Assembly (NCBI GenBank): GCA_976226885.1
Contig: OZ320318.1
Coordinates: forward strand, 57,164,001-57,228,000
Reading direction: 5' to 3'
Length of the DNA: 64,000 bases
Source of the DNA: Iphione sp. A-MEVVRFRX5
Taxonomy: Eukaryota
Positions within the stretch are counted from its first letter, which is position 1; every line of letters starts with the position of its first letter. This document shows positions 36,677-46,556 of the stretch, in pieces. The notes under the pieces are model-generated. The model saw nothing but the letters and a program-made list of their open reading frames with translations. It had not been told where the DNA came from and made no database searches. The position numbers were made by a program, and so were the translations under genes.

Positions 36677-37939
36677 ATGCTCCCCAGGCCGCCGCCGCCA
36701 AAGTACAACCGCAACCGTAGCCGCAGTTGCTCCCAAGATCTCTTCTTTCGCCTCCCTAGTTTGTCCACCGCGCACACCATTGCTGGCCTCTTCCTGACGG
36801 TGCTGGCCTGTGCTCTGTATCGGCCTGTCTCGACTAATGCCATGATCATCTGCCCAGTACCTCTGCCGTGTCATTGCATTGGCGATGAGACTATTCAGTG
36901 TGCCTTCCGGCGCATGAAGGACCTGCCCTACTTCCTTGACTTCAACGCCGTGTGGAACACGATGAACCTCAGTGACAACCTGCTGCCTGATCTACCGGGC
37001 AACAAGTTCGTCGGCGGCCGTATTCGGCAGCTCGACCTCAGCCGTAACATTATCTCCGAGGTAGACGACGAGGCGTTCGTAGGCCTGAGTGATCTCGTGA
37101 CTCTGGACCTATCCTACAACTCGCTTAGCCAGATTTCCCGCGAGGCGCTGTCACCGTTGGTGGATCTGCGCACTCTGCGGCTACGTTACAACCACTTCAC
37201 CTGGATGGCCGCTACGACCTTTGGCGGAATCACACACCTAAGCCACCTGGACCTCTCCGGTAACGACCTAACTAGTGTCCCCTCTGCAGCGCTGCGGCCC
37301 CTTGTGCACCTGAAGTCTCTCCGCCTGCGCAACAACAAAATCAAGCATATTCACGGTTACGCGTTCGAAGGCCTGCCGTTGGAGACGCTGGACCTGGGCG
37401 ATAATGAAGCACCGATGTCGCTCGACCCGCGCGCCTTCTGCGGTCAGGAGCCTCAGGTGTCACATGAGGAACGCAACGTTATGGAATGGGACGGCATGTA
37501 CACTCTCTCACTGGACCACAACGGCCTCTCCTATATTGACCCATGTATAGCCAAGCTGGTGTGGACCCTGACCACCTTTGACGTATCCGGGAACCCTTTA
37601 CGTTGTGATTGTCGTCTATACATGTTTCGAAACTGGGGCACGCGCACGTCCTTTCCCCGTGCCCAATGTGCCTCGCCTGAGCGCTTCGCCGGCGAGATGG
37701 TCGACAAACTCGAGCAGAGCAGATTCAACTGCTCGCACCGCGAGCAGTACGCACGCTGCGACAACCTTTGTGTGGTGGTAACCCCGACACCGAACGGTGC
37801 CACCCCGCTAGCCCCAAGCCGACAAACGTTGGCAAGAACGTGTCAGCACCTGCTGCTAGCCTTGCTGTGGTGCATAGGGAACTTAGCGATTCGCCTCACT
37901 GGACCAGTCGCACCGAGGTTATGGTCCATACATTCATGA
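36677..37939 (+). CDS. Secreted/cell-surface leucine-rich-repeat protein (LRRNT, about 9 LRRs, LRRCT, possible GPI-type tail), uninterrupted ORF
   Basis: 420-aa open frame with GC3-rich codons. Hydrophobic signal segment IAGLFLTVLACAL with possible cleavage after TNA. LRRNT CPVPLPCHC..C; typical LxxLxLxxN repeats; LRRCT NPLRCDC..CASP..C; TPTPNGATP stalk; C-terminal HLLLALLWCIGNLAI. Confidence 0.92.
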   Translation: MLPRPPPPKYNRNRSRSCSQDLFFRLPSLSTAHTIAGLFLTVLACALYRPVSTNAMIICPVPLPCHCIGDETIQCAFRRMKDLPYFLDFNAVWNTMNLSDNLLPDLPGNKFVGGRIRQLDLSRNIISEVDDEAFVGLSDLVTLDLSYNSLSQISREALSPLVDLRTLRLRYNHFTWMAATTFGGITHLSHLDLSGNDLTSVPSAALRPLVHLKSLRLRNNKIKHIHGYAFEGLPLETLDLGDNEAPMSLDPRAFCGQEPQVSHEERNVMEWDGMYTLSLDHNGLSYIDPCIAKLVWTLTTFDVSGNPLRCDCRLYMFRNWGTRTSFPRAQCASPERFAGEMVDKLEQSRFNCSHREQYARCDNLCVVVTPTPNGATPLAPSRQTLARTCQHLLLALLWCIGNLAIRLTGPVAPRLWSIHS

Positions 37940-38291
37940 TGACTCGATCTTGTGATTCTAGTTGAGCATCCGGTTGACTGATACATACATATAGGTTATC
38001 ATTTTATACCACTGTTTGATTGGACAAAGCTAAACGAAAGTGGAGTGAATGACAACTACGAGATATTTATTGTTGGTGTTGTGCTTATTGCCATCATCTA
38101 AAGCCGTGCACATCAGAAAACAAATGTGGATGTTTTAATATCATCATCTCCGTTAAGAATCCCTGTTTGACTTAGTCTTTATGGTTCACTGTTTCAGGAA
38201 TGTTACACTATATTCCAAGCAAAGATTGGGACCCCTGTGAAACATCATGTCATCGTCAAAGGCATTTTGGTGAAGAAGACTATTTCATGAA

Positions 38292-38297
38292 AATAAA
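38292..38297 (+). terminator. Candidate polyadenylation signal for the LRR gene
   Basis: First AATAAA noticed, about 350 bp after the stop codon. Confidence 0.3.
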
Positions 38298-39469
38298 TCG
38301 TGTATGAATGTAATAATGATTTTCTATTCAATATTGTACACTAGTTTAGCAAGAGATAATTCATAAATCTCAGGGAAGTACAAGCACATGTATATCAAAT
38401 TGAAATTACAATGAGAGCAGTGTTGTCTTTAACAGACTGGAAGATGTACTCATTCTTATCGCTGTATTTCATACTAAGGGCACTACTGAGAGATAAAATT
38501 GCTGTTAGAATACATCTATTGTTTTCTAATTAAATATAGTACCATGATCCCTGATGGGACAGAACCGTGCATTCACGTTCAACAAGCTCGAAGGTAGCCT
38601 TTATATACGTAATGTACTATGCAAGTGGCAGTCGATTGGCATTCGTTGCGCGATCGTGCAGGTCGGGCTGCAGTCTAGGGGGAGCCTGGAGGAAATACAC
38701 GCCACACTGAAATGTGTAACCAAAGCTAAAAGAGTGACTACTACGCTGACGCATTGCTGATTAACCCGACAGCCCATCAATCAGGGCCGTGAGCGCGGAC
38801 GAGGTCAGTGGACCGACGGACATATTAGTCGCATCAACAATCCATGCCTTGCCTCCCACGACATTGCGCAGTCCTCCTGCACGGCCCATTTCGTCTCACA
38901 TCGTTCCGAGCTGTTTGCCCCCCTCTCCCTTTCCCCGCTCTATAGCCGTTTGCAACATATCGTCCTCGCTCCGATCCGCCCCGGAACAATTCACATGGCA
39001 AAGATGCTGGCTTCTCGCTTCACTTGAGTAAGTCGATGACGTTGGTCTCCCAGCAAAGTTTGTAATCTTCATTCTTCATGCCTTCCTCCTCGTTGCTGCA
39101 GTGGTTTTATTGATATTTCGGAACCGGTAGTCGATATTTCCCTATTGAATGATGTCTCTGAAATTAAGAAAACACTTTTATCAACATGAAAGGAATATTC
39201 GAAATAATATAAAATAATCTTCAGATGTAAAATATTGTAATATCTTCAGACGTAAGATTGAAACTTCCTTAGTCAAGATGGGAACATTTTCAAACAAGAT
39301 GATCAAGATGAAACTTCCCATCCAGTTACAGATTTTACTGACATTAAAGCATGCCCATTATGTTATAAATATTGAAGTTTCGCGGAAGTGTGGTCTAACC
39401 CTTCTTTTTATAGATACAAAGGAGTTCGTTAAGGTCTTACTAAGAAACAAGGTTTGGACGTTTTCATTT

Positions 39470-39900
39470 CTTACATATCAGCGAGAAATGAACCTGTATT
39501 GGTGTGGATGATGGCGCGAGTTGAACATTTCCACACCCTTCGCTTGTAAATTATTCCCCTCAGGAAATGCCTTTTCCGGGTGACTTGAGATAGCTCCTGC
39601 CACACATATTCCCTAGGTAGGATCGGTAATTCTTCTTTCTCCTCATTTACAATCCCCAGTGCAGGCTCGGGATCCTTTCCTAGCTGAGCATTTTCAAGCA
39701 GAGGGTGAGCTTCCCCTTTCCCCATTGTAGTTGCCGTCACTTAGGCCTGGGTGTCCATGTCAGGAATTGGTCGTAGCAACGGTTATCTGCCTTTGCACCA
39801 CATGGGATTACGGTCTCTGTGTGTGGGCCTCAACATCTGCTGCTGCTATTGGCCTTCTCACCGAGGGGTGTCGAAATAGTAGAGACTATCTATTTTCCAT
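39470..39900 (-). pseudogene. Gypsy-type pol fragment (end of RNase H to integrase linker)
   Basis: A broken GxKANAAAD motif (YRPGKxNxxADxLSR-like) is followed by LLENAQLGKDPE..LPILPREYVWQEL..LRGIIYKRR. Confidence 0.5.
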
Positions 39901-40806
39901 TAGCTGCTTTCGCTTCTGGCATGGGTTAGTCTAATCTCCTTTCATCGTAAGAGGATTTAGTTGCTGATATTTTCGGAGGGAACAAATGAAGCAGTGACAA
40001 TTAACAACTATTTGGTATTTATAGCTTCAAAGTAAAAAATTGTCTTTTTTTTACTATGGCAACTCATACCACTTCATGGGGTGTCTTACATCGGAGGCCG
40101 CTGTCCTTTTCCTAAGGACGAAAGCACCACAAGTCTGTGTGTTGTAAAACAGCTCAGGGCTGAGTACAGTCTCTTTCTGTGCTAATATGTCCAAGTTCAA
40201 TGTTTACCTGTCATCTGTGCTCTGTCAAAGCTAACCCGGTAAGGGCTTGCCGTTGCAGGTCCACAGAATGAAATTGCTTGGTGAAAGGCAAACAGGATAA
40301 AAGGCCCCTTTGCTACAGGAAACGGCCCCTTGCCCAGCACCGAACCCTCTTAGGCAAGATGCAATGGTATTTGGCGCACGTTCGCAGCCCTACGTGTCGT
40401 GTCACTGGCAATCTTCAATTTAAATCTATATTGCGTTGGATAAAGCCGCAGTATCGTTTTCTCCTGTAGATAAATTGTTGTGTCGTTTGCACATTAAAGA
40501 AGAAAGAGTTAAGATACAGACGTAATACTATGTGTGACGTTGCAGTGCCTACATGGTTGTAATGGAGTAATGCATATATAAAGAAAGGGTTCCTTTTATA
40601 ATGCATGGAAAGGTAGGGTGTCAAAGGCATATTTTGCATCTTTCATCCCCATTCTTGTGACTACAACGCAATACTAAAGGAAAAGAAACCCGGCGTAAAG
40701 CTCTGTTATCCCATTACGTAGCCCTGTCGTCATGAAAATGCATTCATCATGTCAGCCCAGGCTGAAGCCCATGAGAGACCTTCGTGGGAACCATAACATT
40801 TAACCT

Positions 40807-40857
40807 GCGGTTAAAGGAAACTGGACCCGCACGCAAGTGCGCTGCTTCTCATAGACC
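40807..40857 (+). repeat. Dispersed repeat, TTAA-AGG start (Kolobok-like end), copy 2
   Basis: GCGGTTAAAGGAAACTGGACCCGCACGCAAGTGCGCTGCTTCTCATAGACC. Confidence 0.7.
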
Positions 40858-43799
40858 CAGTGCCTGTTTGAAAGGACCGGCGACATGAGTTAGGGGTTTA
40901 AATGTTCGCATACTGGACAGCAGAAGTAGGAGTACATTGTATATTTTCCACCCATATACACTCCAGTTCATGTACAGCCTCCAGAAGTAAATTTACACAA
41001 GGACAAAACCACTGAGACTGCAGCGAAGCTTACTCGTGATACAACCACCAGAGAGATGGCACATGATTCATAAGAGTCTAAGACTCATTATAAACATGAT
41101 GAGGGACATTGTCTCTGGCTTGGACGGCCCCAGTGACAACGCTTGTTGTCTACGATTTAATGGCGCCCTACTCCCTGCAGTGCGGTCCCTACACTTAAAG
41201 TGGAACTCCGCCTGCTACAACAATGGCCTTCACATCATCCTGCTAGCAATAGAAGCTCAGCTCTAAAACAGTACCGTTCTTAGTGTTATCAAATAGATGC
41301 TCGAAGACATCGTATCACGATGTACACCATAGTCTAGCTATAAATACACAATCTATTTCCTGGAAGACGCATTAGGAGACTAATGTATTGAATTTGTGAT
41401 CTTATTTAATACGTCTGTACGTGTGTATGTATTCCTGGAAGACACACCAGGAGGCTATTGTATTGAATTTGTTACCGCACTATTGTTGCTTCCTTCTTGT
41501 TATTTAAATTATTCTGAAGGAATGGGGTTAAAACGTTTCTTTAAAAATAAATTCTACGGTACTTGATGTTCGCGTTGAGGTCACTCGAGAATTCGTGCAC
41601 AGTTATCTTCATATTAAGAAATGACGTGCAGATATGGATTTAATTTTTTGCTATGGACCCCTCTTGATTAAATGAAATCGATTTACTCGTGATAGCGAAG
41701 ATGTGATATCAGAATAACATCTCATTTCTATTCTGATTCACAGCTCCTAGTGCCAACCACTCAAGTCGTGAGTTTGGTACGATGAAATATTCCTGCTACA
41801 CCAAACCGCCATGGATTGATACACTGTTATGAATTCCATACACAGCGACACTCCTTGCTGATAAATGATGCTATATTGAAGTGTATTTTAACCGAAGTGT
41901 GAGGGCAAAACAGGCAGTGCCCCCCAAAAGAAGATACCGGGGAACAATGCAGTGTAAGGAAGAGAGGGACATCCTTCCATACCATTAATGATACCTAGCC
42001 CTACAAAATAGCCTATTTGTGTGTTTCAAGACAGGACGGGAAAGTGTAAGTGCACAAATCTCCCGCGCAATGCACAGACATATAAAGCTTTGTATTGACT
42101 GGCACTTTAATTACATCCAGTAGCGGAAAAGGACAAGTACTGGACAGACACCTAAGTGAAAGTTATTGATTACTATATCTTTTAAGCGTTTGCCTTCACT
42201 ATTTGAGCTTGATCACAAGATGGTTATCGTAGTTCCTTGGAGAGCGTCGATTTTCCCAGCTTCTATTCTGTTGCTGTCAGGCGCAAGAAAATATCTGCTC
42301 GACAACCTGAAAAAAAATCGCATCGCTCGTCCCGCGTAGCGTGCCTGTCATGGAAATGAACGTGCCGCATGAACAACGAATAAATCGTAACACCCCCTTT
42401 TGGTCACTAGCATCCCAGAGCGTAGGAATTAACGTAACGGGCCGGCTGCTGGGTGGAGTGGAATAAGTGCAAGACCCGAGGCGGACATAATTAGATATCG
42501 TGTTCACACTTTCCAAAGAGCGGTATAATTTAAGGCATGGGAATAAGGCAAGGCTTAGACCTCCCGGGCATGCAAGCCTTTAATTAATGCACAACCACAG
42601 GTAGAGGATAATCCAGCCGATCACCTGCGAGAAGGCTCAACTAGATAATCCCCTTGATGAGATACGCCTCCAAATTCAGCAAAAGCAATAAGCCTCCTAA
42701 GGTAAAGGGTGCAAGTATTTCATGAGCGGACCGGTGTCATGCCCAGGTGCCGAACTAGCGTTGGGCAGCTTATATCTACGCTAGATTAATATCTCGATAT
42801 TTCTTCGTTTCAATGCCCAAAAGGTATAGCAATCCATGTTTAACATATACATGTAATGCGAATTATCGTTTAAAACTTCTTAATTATCTCTTTTATCATA
42901 TATGAACATGTATTCTGCTTTTTTTTGCCGTCGAAGTTGAGAGCTGATGCATTTCAAGCAAATGTGCAGATAACGAACTATACATGTAGATGCTCTATGG
43001 ATAGCGGATAAAGAAGAAAAACACGCACTCATCACTCACTCATCTGCTGGCCGAATCCAGCTGGTTAGAGGTGTCCGGAGGCCGTAATTGCACATCGATA
43101 CTCTTCGTTTTTTTCTAATTCCATTGCATCTGGTTCCACTCACGTCTAGTGTGTAGCAAGGACCTAAACAGGTTGTATGATCTTGTCTCATTAGTTTGAA
43201 ATATTGGCAAAAATGGTTCTGAAATGCACACGTTACTGTGTCAAGTGAACTTAAAGGAGAGACATTTGTAACCTTACTTTTGTATTGTTGAAAAATATTT
43301 TAACCTTTTTAGAGATCATAATCTTATTTCAACGTCCGCTAAAATATCCGCATGTAATAGTACAAGATTTGTATAATAGATAAAATATATATTCAAAGAC
43401 GGTAAAATGCTATTTATGAACAGAATTTTCTAACTAAATGTATGCGTGCATGTGTGCATTGTGTTGCATACTAAACACATAAACGGATACAGAAAGACCC
43501 ACATTCATACATTTTCAGAACAGGCCTGGTATTAGAAACAGTCAAGCTGGATAATAAGCTGTGTTTCTGGGTACCGGTGCGTGTGAACTCTCCTTGCTGA
43601 GGTCGATGATGCAGATAGAAGAGACAGCCAGGACTGAGCGACGAGCGTCCTACGCCCCGTGTTTCATAAGCACACCTCGTACCGTTCTTTCTCTTTCCCT
43701 CTCTCTTGACAGTCATCTTGGCAGGATCTGGCAGCGACGCCTGATGAATTTGATGACAGAGTCCGCGAGCTGCTTTCATCTGCCCGGACTACAGGGGCG

Positions 43800-43813
43800 G
43801 CGCCCCCTCGTGG
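43800..43813 (-). promoter_or_regulatory. CTCF-like motif
   Basis: Minus strand reads CCACGAGGGGGCGC, a 13/14 match to CCACCAGGGGGCGC. Confidence 0.4.
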
Positions 43814-46556
43814 CAAAAGGGCGACGTGACTTGGGAAAATCGACACCTCCGAACGGAACCAAAAGGGAAAGCTGGTTGCCGGTCATGCCATATCCGCACC
43901 TCATCGTTTTCTTCTTATGGCAGCTGCTGCCATGTTTCTTTTTAAAGACAACGTTTTTTTAAGGTCACCACGTGGAAGACGTCCCCATATTCCGCAATGG
44001 AATTTATGTTCTTTGATGTCCATTTTTTGTAGCCAAAGACATCAGGATTTTAGGAGTAACAGATGCCTATCTGGATTGATGTCTAACGGGACGGGGAAGG
44101 CCAGCGATAAGCCAAATAAGAATACACGTGGCCGTGTTTACGTTAGAGAGCTGTCATCTCAAGCCATCCAGGACGGTATACCCATCCTCATTCTGCAGAG
44201 CAGTGCTCTCAATCAAGGCGCGACATCAAGGCAGTACCAATGTCGCTGTGTATCAAACCCGATATCCAATGTCAATAGAAATTCTAATAACTACTGTCAT
44301 CTGTCCGCCACCGTTTGGAGTTGTACCGCCTTCTATCAATTAATTCTAGCGCGTGTGTTTTTTTCTCTCTCCGGGCGCTTGATGAACGATTTGGCATTGA
44401 GAATTAGTCTGGTTCCTTAATGTACCAGGAATGGAAGTCTAGGCCAAGTCCTCTCCCAGATTCTTAATCAACCTCGCGTAAATGTCATTAAAAAAGCGGC
44501 ATTAGACGGTTGCAAAGTTGAGATTGCATTGAATCGTGACAGCTAGGTGACGGCAAAGTGCCTCCACAGTCTGCAGGGAAATAGTCGCCCGAAGTAGATG
44601 TTTTATTAGTGCGTTTGGTGGTTTCTCTTGGGAACATAGTTGAATATGGCATTACATCTTGTGCTCGTCAGGCTTGAATCGAAGTGTAACATAAATCGGG
44701 GCAAATTCACACTGATGCTGGTAATGATTGCAAGGATAACTGCTCTGATGCAGGCGGGATTAAGGCACACGTCGTAAACAGGGGGATTGAATAATCTCAG
44801 AGGACCAGATGTGGAGATTTGGACTTCAGTGTCTAAATATAACTGCTGCATGCAGACCCATACGTCATGAATTATGTATGGAAGTTTGCAATAGAGTGCT
44901 GCTGATCCAGGGAGTGCACTATTTCCACGTTTTTCTTAGGCTGATTCTTCAAGCATGTAAGCACCCAAGGCTGACAATGCAACTCTGATTGCGATGCTCT
45001 GATCATTTATATATACTCCATGACATTATGAATATCTTGACATCCTAGCCTGTCGTAACATTTTAACACGTTCCTACTTTGTTCTCCATTAAGGAATGTC
45101 AGATTAGATCAAACTCAGGCCTCCATAGCACATTGTTGTCAATGGCAACTTATATTCTCTTCCTTGTACACGATTGAATTATATTGTTCTCCTTGTACAC
45201 TTTTAATCATTTTCGTATTGTTATTTTTCCAATGGACGCATCGATTCACACAAGGTGGCGTTTGCAAATACGACCTAGTTAGGAGCACCCTCAACATTCC
45301 AGTGGCAGTCTACATTGCTCATACTTTGACAGAACCTTCCTCGATAATCTTAGCTACACATATGCCAAATCATTCTCTCCTACCTGTTATAGTTCTTAGC
45401 AGTGCCTTGAGAAACTCATCCTCTTTCTATAAGTCTGTCAGCTAAACCATGTGTATGTTGTTTTGTCGAGGGAGCACTTTGGCATGTCATGCGCTGACTG
45501 GCTGCCACTCAGGTGAGAGGCCACTCCCCTCATCAAAGGGCAAAACATGTGTCGTTGTAACGGCCGAGTCAATGGGTCTCATTCAACACTTACTCATTGT
45601 CCTACTTTTAAATGTTTTCTATTCCTTTTCATTAACGGGAAGATCGCAATGTAACCACCCTTGAGAAGTGAATAAACCCATTTCAAAGTAAAGTTCGTAT
45701 ATTTTTTAACATTTCTTTCTAAAAAGGCAAGTACCAGGTGAAATTTGATAGGGCATATAATTTGGATCAGATATTGACTTCAGCTAAAAATGAATTTCAC
45801 CCTATACAGCATAATTATGTCACAAGGAAATTGACAAACATTTGCGTGTGCATATTAACAAATACATGTATCTTATATCCATTTTGGATCATCCTACTGT
45901 ATCTAAGTCATTTGTATCAGACCTTACCTTAATTGCCTTCAGCCCGACTAGGGGGTAACGACAGAAGCATAGGTCATGCTTTCGGAGGATTGGCTACATG
46001 AGCGGTGCCTTTTTCCCGCCAAAGAACAGGCCTGCCCGTGGGATGCCTTTGCTGGCACTTGCACAGACAGCAGTCCTAATAGAACATGGCACACTCCGGG
46101 AGAGGCAATTGGCCTCCGAGCAGCTCTTGTGTAGTTGGTGAGCCTGACGGTGTACGAGACTTTGCGAAGACTGCAACAATAGGTTCGCGTATAGCGCAAG
46201 ATGTGGTAAATGTTGTGTATTCAGAAAAAAAGCTTTAAGAGGGAAAGTAAGTCGATGCGGGGTCCTTAAGCCCTTCTACAGTTTCTTTCATGATACGAAG
46301 TAATATGAAAACCTGAAAAAGCAACGTAAATGCAGAATTATCTAACGCAAAAGTATTCCGGGTAATGAATGGAAATTTGCCCTGCTGGGGGAACTTCCTA
46401 TAGAATTTGCAGATGCATATCCATGATATCACATTTCTCTTTCTCTTCTCCTTTGTATCTCCTCGAATGGTTATACAACAATGTTGGCTTACATTACAAG
46501 CACATTATTTCTGTATAGACAGTCATATCGTGAAGTGAACACGAAGTTAAAATGTA

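Noticed and set aside
36194-36874. 226-aa minus-strand ORF, plus 37531-37803
   Set aside because: Antisense shadows of the GC-rich LRR CDS and its upstream region, with no recognisable domain.
40095-40125. Hammerhead-like GTCC...GGAC-GAAA; also 52310-52345, 60902-60930 and 61276-61300
   Set aside because: None has both the CTGANGA core and a paired stem II followed by GAAA.
43917-44420. 167-aa plus ORF; likewise 19185-19658 and 49189-49611
   Set aside because: Non-protein-like composition and no motifs. 49189-49611 runs through a microsatellite.
45300-45450. VGENDL-like SGNH esterase hint on the minus strand
   Set aside because: A single short motif among stops is insufficient.
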